Shown in pieces: positions 34,316 through 45,534 of a DNA stretch of 64,000 bases; the first letter of the stretch is position 1, and each line of letters begins with the position of its first letter. The stretch is from Macrostomum lignano (lineage: Eukaryota): contig NIVC01000151.1 of the NCBI GenBank assembly GCA_002269645.1, forward strand, positions 558,001 to 622,000. Direction: 5' to 3'. Made by a program: the position numbers and the translations under genes. Below the pieces are notes generated by a model. The model searched no databases, was not told the origin of the DNA, and was given only the letters and a program-made list of their open reading frames with translations.

Positions 34316-37300
34316 TCAGACGCCGCCGCCCCCAGCCGCCATGGTTTGGTGCAGAGCGCGCAGCCGCTGGGCGGCCTCTCGGACAACCGGCTGTCCGGGC
34401 TGCCTGACTTCCTCCCTGGCCAGGTGCCGGCGCAGGTACTCCAGGTGATAGGCGGCGTCGGTCTTCAACCCGCTGGCGAAGTCGATGGCCTCGGCGTAGC
34501 GGCGCAGGCGGCACAGGCAGCGAACGCGCTGCTCCCGCTCGACTCGGGGCAGCAGAGCGACCGCCTCGGCCTCGTTGCCGGCGTCCAGACAGGCGTTGAC
34601 GAAAGGCGCGTAGCCGATGGGCGATTTGCGCTCCGATAGGCGGCGAAGCTCGGTGAAGCGGCCGGACTTGGCCAGGGCGGTCACCTGCGGTTGAAGGGGG
34701 GGGGGCGGAGACATGGTTCAAATGGGCACCATGCCACCATGCCACCATGGGCATAAGAACTTTCAGACTGCTGAAAAAACTGGACACTGCTTAGAGTCAA
34801 CTCGGACACAGCTATAGATTACTCGGACACAGCTTATAGATAACTCGGACACTGCTTAGAGTCAACTCGAATACTGCCCAGAAACAACTCAGACACTGAT
34901 CAAACACAACTCGGACACTGATCGAATACAACTCGGGACACTGCTCAGTGGTAACTCGGACACTGATCGAATACAACTCGGGACACTGCTCAGAGGTAAC
35001 TCGGACACTGATCGAATACAACTCGGGACACTGCTCAGAGGTAACTCGGACACTGATCGAATACAACTCGGGACACTGCTCAGAGGTAACTCGGACACTG
35101 ATCGAATACAACTCGGGACACTGCTCAGAGGTAACTCGGACACTGATCGAATACAACTTGGACACTGCTCACAGGTAACTCGGACACTGCTCAGGGGTAA
35201 CTCGGACACTGATCCGACACAACTCGGACACTGCTCAGGGGTAACTCGGACACTGGTCGAGACAACTGAAACACTGTCCAAGGACAACTCGGACACTGCC
35301 CAGAGACCCATAGCCAAAAGGAATATAAAAGTCTAAAAAGTTCAATTTACCTGTAGCTGCCACCACCGCTTTTCCGGCACCTCGAATTCACGCCTCAGCG
35401 ATTCGGCCAGTTTCTCGCTTCCGTTGCCTAGCAACCTGGCCAGAGTGGCGTGCAGCGACAGCCCGGCAAATTGCTGGGCGCTGAGATCCCGCTCCAGTTT
35501 CCTCTGCCGCTCCAGCAGCTGCGCGGCCAGCTGGCACTCCTTGGCCAGAGCGGGCAGGCCGGCTTCAGTGAAGCGGCTGGCCGCCGACCCCAGCAGCTCC
35601 TGTCGTCGGGCCGCCTCGGTAGAGTCGAACGCGCGACGCAGCTCGAGCGCCGCCAGATCGGATCGCCGGTCCTCCTGGTCCAGCAGAGCGGCCGGGTCGC
35701 TGGCACAGTAGGCCTGCTGGTACAGCGCCATGGCAACCGGCTGTTTGCGCATGATGCCGGCCAAGTCCAGCTCGGACCGCATGTTGTGCAGCTTCAGCAG
35801 CACCTGCGAGGCGAGGGAGGCAGTGAGATGACTGTACACAGTACTGACACTGTACACAACACTCACACTGTACACAGTACTGACACTGTACACAACACTC
35901 ACACTGTACACAGTACTGACACTGTACACAACACTCACACTGTACACAGTACTGACACTGTACACAACACTCACACTGTACACAGTACTGACACTGTACA
36001 CAGCACCGACACACTGTACACAGCATTAACACACTGTACACAGCACTGACACACTGTACACAGCACTGACACACTGTACACAGCACTGACACCCTGTACA
36101 CAGCACTGACACACTGTACACAGCACTGACACACTGTACACAGCACTGACACCCTGTACACAGCACAGATTTTGCAGTGACAGACACTCTCATAACAGAC
36201 ACTGTAATGGCAAAAATGCACTGACAGACACTGCAATAACAGACACTGTACAGAGGATCGCAAACCTGCTGAATGAGATCTGTATCGCCAGACTTGACCG
36301 CCTTCTCCAGCGCTTTGCCGTGACTGCCCAGCGCCAGCAGCTGCTCCACCTGGTCCTGCGAGCGGGTCTCAAAGTCCAGCAGCCGCCTGGCCAGCCCAGG
36401 CCGGTTCAGACGGGCCGCCTTGCCGGCCAGCCGGGCATAGTTGACGCCCGGCCGCTGTCCGACAAACTTGACAATGTCCGCCACCAGCGCATCGCTCGCC
36501 TGGGCGTCCTCGCGACTTTCGCCGATGTCGACGCCGGCGCCGACCAGAGGCGGCAGGGTGTCGATCTGGCACTCGGCCCAGTGCATCATGACGCGGGCCT
36601 GGCCGTCAGACTCGGACAGGCGCAGCAGCTCGCAGGCCCGGAACGCGAACTCGTGAAGCCGCCGGTTCAGCAGACGGTCGATGAGGACGCCGAGGCCCAG
36701 GCGGCTGAACTGCGCGTGCGTCAGCGGCAGCCCGATGGACTCGTTGAAGCGCAGGTTGTTCAGCAGGCGCAGCTGCTGGCACAGCTCGTCCGTGCGGTGC
36801 TCCCTGCGGAGTTGACGGTGGATTTTGAATGTTAGACCAACTGATTAGCCAATGAACCCGAACCACCCCAACCAGTGACCAGAACCACCCCAGCCAATGA
36901 CCCCAACAACCCCAGCCAATGACCCCAACAACCCCAGCCAATGACCCCAACAACCCCAGCCAATGACCCCCAACAACCCCAGCCAATGACCCCCAACAAC
37001 CCCAGCCAATGACCCCCAACAACCCCAGCCAATGACCCCCAACAACCCCAGCCAATGACCCCCAACAACCCCAGCCAATGACCCCCAACAACCCCAGCCA
37101 GTGACACCCAACAACCCCAACAACCCCAGCCAATGACCCCAACAACCCCAGCCAATGACCCCAACAACCCCAGCCAATGACCCCAACAACCCCAGCCAAT
37201 GACCCCCAACAACCCCAGCCAATGACCCCTAACAACCCCAGCCAATGACCCCCAACAACCCCAGCCAATGACCCCAACAACCCCAGCCAATGACCCCCAA

Positions 37301-40300
37301 CAACCCCAGCCAATGACCCCCCAACAACCCCAGCCAATGACTCCCAACAACCCCAGCCAATGACCCCCAACAACCCCAGCCAATGACCCCCAACAACCCC
37401 AGCCAATGACCCCCAACAACCCCAGCCAATGACCCCAACAACCCCAGCCAATGACCCCCAACAACCCCAGCCAACGACCCCTAACAACCCCAAGCTCCCC
37501 AGTCGAACCTGCTGTATTTCGGCGGCAGCAGCGCCAGGCCGGTCCGGGCAGCCCGCAGCACGCGCTTCTGGTCTGGTGGCCAGGCGATGAACCTGGCGGC
37601 CTCCAGGCAGCAGCGGACGGCGGCCAGCTTGTCGGCGTCGGACTCGATGGTGAGGAAGAGCTCGTAGGCGGCGGTCTCGGTGCGCGCCTGGCCGCTGATG
37701 GTGTCGTGGGCGAGCAGCAGCACGGTGGCGGGGGACACGCAGGCGATGTTGAACAGCTGCTCCACCGGACGGGGCAGCGGCCGCAGCAGGTCGTGCCTCT
37801 CGGCAGTCAGCAGCCGGAGACCGTCGAACTCCGGGACCAACAGCGGTGCACCACTGTCGCCTTCACCTTCGTGGAATTCGTCCAGCCGATTGGCGAATCG
37901 ATCGGAGCGGACGGTTGGCAGCAGGCAGCGCTGATCGGCCCACACCAGCATGACGGCGGCGTTGGCGCACCAGGCCATGCGCAGCAGGCCGCCATCGCCA
38001 CCGACGAAGGCGGAGTCTGGGCCACCGGCCAGGCTGTGGCGGCTCAAAGGCGCCGGCAAGCCGCTGGCGGAGAGGCCGCTGGCCAGCGAGTACACGGTGA
38101 GGTGCCGCTGCGGCTCGCTCCACAGGGCCAGCAGGGACTGGTCCAGGCTCAGGCAGAGGTCCGTCAGCGCCTCGGCAGGCGGCGGCTCCAGCAGGCTGGC
38201 CGGAGGCCGGTTCTGCTCCAGCAGCAGCAGGCCGCCCCGGCTGAGCACGAAAATCCGGATCTGGTCGGGGCCGAGCTGGTTGCTGGGCCTGGGCGCCAGC
38301 ACGCACCAGGCTGCGGGCACGGGGTCCAGGTCTGGCGGGAAGAGATGAGCGGACAGGTAAGGCTTAAACTTTTCCTCTTAGAAATCATAGCCAGCATTGC
38401 TACCTACTTAAAGTAGCCAGTCGATAGCGTCGGACTTCTCTGCAGGATGGCGCTTGATTTTTGTTTCTAATTCAGATTACCAGTGGCGTTACAAATTTCA
38501 AACTCAAATATTAAATGTAACTTCTACATTGAGCTCCGAATTTTCTTAACACTCGTAATGACTTTGAGAGGCCAAGTTGTAACGAAGTAGATTGTAAAAA
38601 TATCTGAATTATTACCATACCTCTGAACTTCTCCACAAGTGCCCAAAAGCAAGATTCAAACTCGCGACAGGCCAGGGTCGGCTACTGAGTTCTTACTTCT
38701 TCACATTCCTTTCTCGATACTTTTCAGTAGGCGATTTCTTACAATATCTAATTGTACACTGATGAGGGATATTTTCTAGGAAAATGTACTAAATACCTTA
38801 ACATCTCCCTGTTGGAACTCAAAGCTGAAAATCAATAATACAATTTAGAGTTGGGTAAGAGATTCTGTTCCAAATCACATGAAAGTTTAGGATTGAGTAA
38901 GATAATGAGTCATTTCATAGCTATGATATTTATTCAGCAAACCAAATTACATGCAGGTTCCTGATAATAATTGATAGATGAATAAATCAGATTTCGTAGA
39001 AAATACCAACTGAAGCAAATTAAAGCAGCAATGCTCTGGCCATGAGCTCCAAGATTTATATAAAAATTGAATCAATTAACCAGATTTATTTGCAGCTGTC
39101 AAGCACGCGACTTAAACTCTAGCTCACACGCGGAGGGCTGTTATCAGAATTACAGGGTAAAGTCATTAAGCAAAGCAAAGCTACTGGTAAGCAACCAGCT
39201 ACTTGTATGCGCTCAAGCTGCCCAGCACCTAGCCGGAGCTCTTCCCCACGGTGTCGATGTAGGCGGAGATGAGGAACCGCATGCCCTCCAGGATGCTGTT
39301 GCTGAAGTAAGGCCTGGCAGCGGCCGAGGCCGTGCGGATTTCCGTGTAGTCCATCAGGCCGTTGGTGGCGAAGCTGTACAGCGTGGAGTCCTGCCTGGAG
39401 TAGAAGATGGCGATGCGGTTGGGGCAGTTGCCGCCAGCTGGAGGCCTGACGAAGGGCATCCGCTCGAACAGGTTATAGGTGATGTAGGCGGCCACCATCA
39501 TCTTCTGCCGGCTGTTGTCCATGCTAAACAAGCCCTTCATCTTGTTCTCGATAACCACGGCGAAGCAGACATTGTTGATGCGGCTGCTCCGAGGGCTCTC
39601 CCTTGCGAATTGTGTCCTCAAGGATGTTCTTGATCTCCGCCTCAGACTGGGACAGCTCGACGTTCTTGTTAATGCAGACCTGCTGATTGCCGCAGCGCTG
39701 CCGAATTTCCACAATCTGCGCGTTGACGCCTTCGTATAGGGAGGTGTCCGGGGCGGCGGAGACGGCCGCGGCCAGAACCAGGAGACAGAGACTGGGCAAT
39801 ATGCAGACAGACATGCTGAGGTTATTGGATGGCGCTGGCTTGGAGAAATTCTCGATTGTTTCTAACGGAACCGGGTGGGCGCTAGCCTCTTTAACAGGAA
39901 ATTCAGAGAGTTCAAAGCCGCTCAATCTCTCTCTATTTGGTGGCCAACCGACCGAGGAGTACTGGACAGCGCTGTGGAGGCACCAACGTACAGACGGACG
40001 CAAGAAAATCGATCCGGCGGATCCCAACGGCGCTGCTTTTCTTCCCAGTCCACTCTCTACCTTAGATGAAGTTCAACTTAGAAGAAACCAAGCAGATCAG
40101 AAAGTGGGGTGATTCATGCCTGCCTGCGCAGTAATAAACTTGCGCAGAATTTTCTGTACCGAAACAGCAGCATCCGATGATGCACGCCGAGGCTGACAGC
40201 CAGCTACTTGCTTTTCTTGACGTAAACTGCACATAAGTTTACTACTGGACTTGGCTATATATAGTAAGGCAAAAAACAGCGAAAGCGTCAAGGTGCTTAC

Positions 40301-43300
40301 AAACTACTACAAAATGTAGCGAACAGTAGTATTATTGGAATAAAACTTTTATACGCAGTGTCCAAATCAGAATACCGGATCAGACTTAAACTCTTTCAGA
40401 TATCCTCTCTGAGTTCTGACGCTTCAGACACCTTTGATGCGGTTAGTATTCGCATTAGGACTGGAGGCACGCCCTTGAAGCTGTCACCTGACCCTGGGCA
40501 TATGTTGTAACTTGTGTTAAGCTCTAAAACCAAAACAGCAGAATTTTCATATGGACAAAATCTGTTTAAAATGGATGTTCTCAGCTACAACTTGATCAGA
40601 AAACAGGCAGGGATTGCTTTCAAAAAGAGACAGAATTTGTCTCTGGTGTAATCTGATCCGGAAGATGCTGTCTATTGTGAATGTGCAAAACTTATTTCTG
40701 CCTATTTTCAAGGCCTATATCCGCTGTGCCGAGTGCTCAAATCGGTCTTCGACTTCTTCGCGTCCAGAGGTTGAACCTGGCCTCGTCCAAGTAATCGGTC
40801 ACCGAGTCCATAGGCAAATTCACGAACTCCAGAGCGAAGTCGCGACGCCTGACATTGTTTTCTTTGTTGAATTTTAACGTCCGGCAGATCGGATCCATTG
40901 GTGACGCTTTGAGCAGCTTTGAGCATAGTAAGCAGCATGCCCTGTAGCGTTTCTGAGATGGTGGTCAGGCCAATGCGTGGCTTGTGTGACAATCGTTCTC
41001 CGAGTTGCTCCTGTATCATTTGCAGCGTTGCCAATGGATTTTCGTCAATGATTTTCTACAGTGCAAGGCGTATATCCTCGTGAACTTTACAGCTGGCCAC
41101 TTGACGACCACCCACGTCTGCCATGCAACTTGCAGTGACGCAGAATGAACGCAGCAGTTCTCCCCTTCACATTGAAAATCCTACAGACGGTGTGCATGTT
41201 CTCTCCAGTTTCATTAACTTGAATTAGACGTTTGCGTGTTTCCATTGAAATCGTCATGTACGGACCTCTGGGTCCAGGAACAGCCATGGAGTAGGGAAAG
41301 TTGGTCTAAGATTCATTTCGTCTAAGGCAAATTTAAAGCATAAGCCTCAAATTGCTGGGCTCTTCCCTTAAATTGGACTAAAAAAGATGTCTATGGCCAA
41401 AAGTCAGCAATTTTTTTCAGCTGTTGGAATGGGATGACAGAGCGAATTTGGTATATAAAATGATTAAATTGGTCCGAAAAAGCGATAACAACCGCGCGAT
41501 AATGAATCGAACCGATCAACAAGACTCTTGAAAAAATATCTACCAAGATGCAGAGAAAACGGCAGCACAGGTCAACGCGAGACCAAGGCCAGTACGAATT
41601 CGACCACCACCCCGACCAGCGGAAGCATCGGCATCGCCAGTTTGAGCATCAGCCGCGGCCTGAGCAGCAAAGGCCAAGGTCGTACAAATCCGGCAGCCAG
41701 AACCCGACACACCAGCAGCCGAGTCACACACGCCAGAGCAACCAACAGAACAGCGGCTGCTCAGCAGGAAATTCCAAACCGAAGCCGGCGAATCTGCAGT
41801 GCAACATGGCCACCACCGTGAGCTACCCGACCGGGGCCAGAAGCTGTGAGATGATTGGCTGGCATGTGGCCAACATGGACGCCAAGTTGAACGCACTGTT
41901 CGACACGAGCGAGATCTACAAGGACACGGCCATGCTGGCCGGCGAGAGCGAGGCCGAGGCCACCGCCGGCATGCAGGAGCTGGTGGAGCCAAGCATCTTC
42001 ACCATGTTGCAGCGGGAGAGTGCATCCTGGGACCCGTCGGTCATGAACAAGAAGGTCAGCCAGCTGGTGCTCATCGGCAGCTGGATCTACCACCGGACGC
42101 AGAGCGTAGTTAACAAATGAAACGTTTCGATGAACGGTTGGCATCAAATGACCGACAGCGGACGCTTTAAGTAAACCTACCCGTAGCTTAGACTGGCGCA
42201 CCGCTTTCCACGCGGACAAGTTACTCGGAAATGATTCCAAGATATGTGTATGTGTGTAGCGTTTCGGCTTCATCAAGCTTAGGTCTTCGTACAAGTGCAA
42301 CAGATAATACTAAATACACACTTTCATTTCGCTTTTAGACGCTTAAGTTCAAACCTTCAAGAAAACGTATTAGTAACTTGTAATTAAAGCTCTCAAGTTG
42401 ATTCACTATTTCATTCTGAAATTAGATAAGCACAGAATTCAAGTTAAAACTGGACAAGCCAGACGGGAGCAGTTTCAGCGCCAGAGGGAGCTCGCTGACA
42501 GAATGGTCTCGGTCCCGTAGCAGCGGGGCAGAAATCGATATGTGCATTCATATCCCCTGCTGCCGCCATTGATCAGCTGAGAAATATTTCCTGAATGCGG
42601 GTGCGCGCAGTTGGGAGCGCAGGGGGGGGGGCACTCGAATGCCAAGTGAGAATAGATATGGCAGACGCGCGCTAGGACAGACAGACAGGCAGGCAGCTCT
42701 CATTCTCCGAACCCGCGCTCGCCGCAACAAATTAGCAAAAAAAGTGCCCAAGCAGCTCAAAATAAAGCAATTCCGCCATTTTGCAGCGGCGCGAAGGCCC
42801 GACACCGGCTAAAAAATGACGCAGAACAGCAGCTCGCTGAACCAGCTGACTGACGGTGAGGACAGCGGCGGCCTGGCGAAGGACTACGGCAGCAACAGCA
42901 GGAGCTACTGCGGCACTGCTCCGGGCAAGATTATCACGATGCACTCGGTGCTGATGCTGGCCGCAGTGGGCCTGGCCGGTGGCATGCTGTACCTGTCCCG
43001 GGACACCTCCCAGCTGGTGTTCAGCCTGGTCATGTGCGGCATAGCAATCGTGATGCTGCTGCTCTGGCTGTCTATGTGCTGCCGCAGCTATCGGATTTAC
43101 CGGGCCGGCTGCAAGTCCGCCACCGGGGCAGCCGCGGCGCCAGGCGCTGCCGGAAAAGGCGACTGCACGGGCGCGGTGCGCGAGGTCTGACAGCCGGGCG
43201 CTGCTCTGCGGTAACCTTCTAGTGACCTTAGATTGCCAAGCCATTGCTTTTGCCAAGCCTTGTATAGCTTTGTTTTTTCAGCACCACCAGCGCTACTTAG

Positions 43301-45534
43301 GGCAGTAGTATTAACTGTATAACTGGTATATGTTTGATGATAAAGTAGAAAATTAATGGTACTTTCTGCACCAAATTTTGTTGATAAAAATTGCGGTAGA
43401 ATCGCAAACAACAATTTATGCGATTAAAATCTTAAACGATCTTCTTTCTTAAGAACGAGTAAAACTGATTAACTAGCTGTAAAAAACCCAGTCCGAAATA
43501 AGAAAAACGATATGAATTCCTCCTTTATTCAAACTGGGTAGATTTTTGGCTGACCGGTTTGAGTTCAAGAGAAAAACTCATTTAAATCAAGCTTTTACTT
43601 TTATAGGATGAGTACAGCAAAAAAAGGTATTGTTGCAAAAAACATAAAGCTTTTTCAAAAATGATTCGAACTTTGGGATTCGAACTCTGTTCCTTAGGAT
43701 TCGAACTCTGTACCTTAGGATTCGAACTCTGTAACTGAGGATTCGAACTCTGTAACTGAGGATTCGAACTCTGTAACTGAGGATTCGAACTCTGTACCTT
43801 GAGGATTCTAACTCTGTATTTTAGGATTCGAACTCAGTACATTCATGAAATATCAAAACTCACTTTCCTGTCCAACCAGCGGCTTAGGGCTGAAATTCTC
43901 CAGTCCGTTGAGAAACAAGAACCGGCCGGTGCTAGTTGCTATGGCAACCCCGGTGCCAAACTGAGACTCGTAAAATTTTGCCGAGGCCACCTGTTCGCTG
44001 CTGGTTTTTTTGGAATCAATATAGAATTTCCTGAGCTGGGGTGAGCCGCCCATGAGCTGGTAGATAAGCACGGAGCCGTCAGTCTGGACGCAGACGAGAC
44101 TCTCGGTGCTGCTCCACGACATCGTGAGCAGGTTGCCGCTGGTCCACTGTGGTTTGGGGGGTTCGTTGCCACTTCAGCTCATTTTCTGGGGGTTCATTGA
44201 TTAATTTTCTGGGGAGCCGGGCTTGTGGCGCCTACTGATTAATCTGGGAGCTGGGCTTGTGGCGCCTACTGATTAATCTGGGAGCCGGGCTTGTGGCGCC
44301 TACTGATTAATCTGGGAGCCGGGCTTGTGGCGCCTACTGATTAATCTGGGAGCCGGGCTTGTGGCGCCTACTGATTAATCTGGGAGCCGGGCTTGTGGCG
44401 CCTACTGATTAATCTGGGAGCCGGGCTTGTGGCGCCTACTGATGAATCTGGGAGCCGGGCTTGTGGCGCCTACTGATGAATCTGGGAGCCGGGCTTGTAG
44501 CGCCTACTGATGAATCTGGGAGCCGGGCTTGTGGCGCCTACTGATTAATCTGGGAGCTGGGCTTGTGGCGCCTACTGATGAATCTGGGAGCCGGGCTTGT
44601 GGCGCCTACTGATGAATCTGGGAGCCGGGCTTGTGGCGCCTACTGATGAATCTGGGAGCCGGGCTTGTGGCGCCTACTGATGAATCTGGGAGCCGGGCTT
44701 GTGGCGCCTACTGATGAATCTGGGAGCCGGGCTTGTGGCGCCTACTGATGAATCTGGGAGCCGGGCTTGTGGCGCCTACTGATGAATCTGGGAGCCGGGC
44801 TTGCGGCGCCTACTGATGAATCTGGGAGCCGGGCTTGTGGCGCCTACTGATGAATCTGGGAGCCGGGCTTGTGGCGCCTACTGATTAATCTGGGAGCCGG
44901 GCTTGTGGCGCCTACTGATTAATCTGGGAGCCGGGCTTGTGGCGCCTACTGAGATGAATCTTGGAGCCGGGCTTGTGGCGCCTACTGATGAATCTGGGAG
45001 CCGGGCTTGTGGCGCCTACTGATGAATCTGGGAGCTGGGCTTGCGGCACCTACTGATGAATCTGGGAGCCGGGCTTGTGGCGCCTACTGATGAATCTGGG
45101 AGCCGGGCTTGTGGCGCCTACTGATTAATCTGGGAGCCGGGCTTGTGGCGCCTACTGATGAATCTGGGAGCTGGGCTCTTCTGAATTGAAGCTTGGCACT
45201 TATTGCAAAACCGCATTGCAAACCTTGAACTCGGTGATCAGCTGACCCACTGCATTGAAAATCTCCATCCTGGACTCCTCATTGAGGTCGTTGCGGCGGA
45301 ACACGGCCAGCGGGCCGCCATACTGGGCCAGGGCTGTGAGGTGGCTGTTCAGGTTGGGCAGGTGCCGCACGAACTTCATTGTGTAGACATTGTCATGCCT
45401 GGGGTGTGGGTTACAGATTTGCAATAACTTTTAACAATGTGATGAAATTGAACAACAAGTTTGCTCCATAACTCATACCTGATGTAGTAGTCGCCAACCG
45501 CATTCACGTCACTCCAGTAGTCCTGACTCTCCAT
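34316..45534 (-). CDS. VPS16: Vacuolar protein sorting-associated protein 16 (HOPS/CORVET), 7 exons, 898 aa
   Basis: Exons 45534-45479, 45398-45224, 44146-43864, 38331-37509, 36803-36266, 35803-35351, 34684-34316. All introns GT-AG and phase-consistent (2697 nt in total). Motifs AQYGGPLA, LVPEFDGLRL, LRLLNNLR..IGLPLT, ALEKAVKSGDTDL, VPEKRWWQLQV, KSPIGYAPFV. Confidence 0.95.
34770..35300. repeat. 45-bp intronic minisatellite (VPS16 intron 6)
   Basis: GGACACTGCTCAGAGGTAACTCGGACACTGATCGAATACAACTCG with degenerate flanking copies. Confidence 0.9.
35830..36250. repeat. 36-bp/20-bp intronic minisatellite (VPS16 intron 5)
   Basis: ACTGTACACAGTACTGACACTGTACACAACACTCAC, then ACACTGTACACAGCACTGAC. 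Confidence 0.9.
36845..37490. repeat. 22/23-bp intronic minisatellite (VPS16 intron 4)
   Basis: AACAACCCCAGCCAATGACCCC(C), about 28 copies. Confidence 0.95.
39229..39814 (-). CDS. Putative secreted protein (about 194 aa) nested in VPS16 intron 3, with one apparent +1 frameshift
   Basis: Signal-peptide-like MSVCILPSLCLLVLAAAVSAAP. Coding-like codons continue in a second frame after a CCC run at 39593-39595 (SRINNVCFAVVIENKMKGLFSMDNSRQ..). The span is 3n+1 nt. Confidence 0.6.
40600..41287 (-). pseudogene. Decayed Tc1/IS630-family transposase
   Basis: HTH-like RGPYMTISMETRKRLIQ..VCRIFNVKGRTAAFIL, IIDENPLATLQMIQEQL and the DDE-region motif YLDEARFNLWTRRSR, broken by stops and frameshifts. Confidence 0.65.
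41806..42120 (+). CDS. Uncharacterised small protein (104 aa from ATG 41806; frame open from 41548), nested antisense in VPS16 intron 3
   Basis: CAACATGG start, C/G-ending codon bias, helical-looking sequence. No family recognised. Confidence 0.45.
   Translation: MATTVSYPTGARSCEMIGWHVANMDAKLNALFDTSEIYKDTAMLAGESEAEATAGMQELVEPSIFTMLQRESASWDPSVMNKKVSQLVLIGSWIYHRTQSVVNK
42816..43190 (+). CDS. Small two-TM protein (124 aa), nested antisense in VPS16 intron 3
   Basis: AAAAATGA start; hydrophobic segments HSVLMLAAVGLAGGMLYL and LVFSLVMCGIAIVMLLLWLSM followed by CC; strong coding codon bias. Confidence 0.65.
   Translation: MTQNSSSLNQLTDGEDSGGLAKDYGSNSRSYCGTAPGKIITMHSVLMLAAVGLAGGMLYLSRDTSQLVFSLVMCGIAIVMLLLWLSMCCRSYRIYRAGCKSATGAAAAPGAAGKGDCTGAVREV
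43670..43835. repeat. 21-bp minisatellite near the VPS16 exon 3 donor
   Basis: GGATTCGAACTCTGTAACTGA, about 8 copies. Confidence 0.9.
44212..45175. repeat. 34-bp intronic minisatellite (VPS16 intron 2)
   Basis: CTGGGAGCCGGGCTTGTGGCGCCTACTGAT(G/T)AAT, about 28 copies. Confidence 0.97.

Noticed and set aside
30543-37493. Pro-rich, GWGC-rich and VIQIIH-type ORFs over repeats
   Set aside because: They span intronic or intergenic arrays; the spliced SEC11 and VPS16 models explain the coding parts.
44212-45175. 34-bp repeat of CRISPR-like length
   Set aside because: No spacers; it lies inside a GT-AG intron of VPS16.
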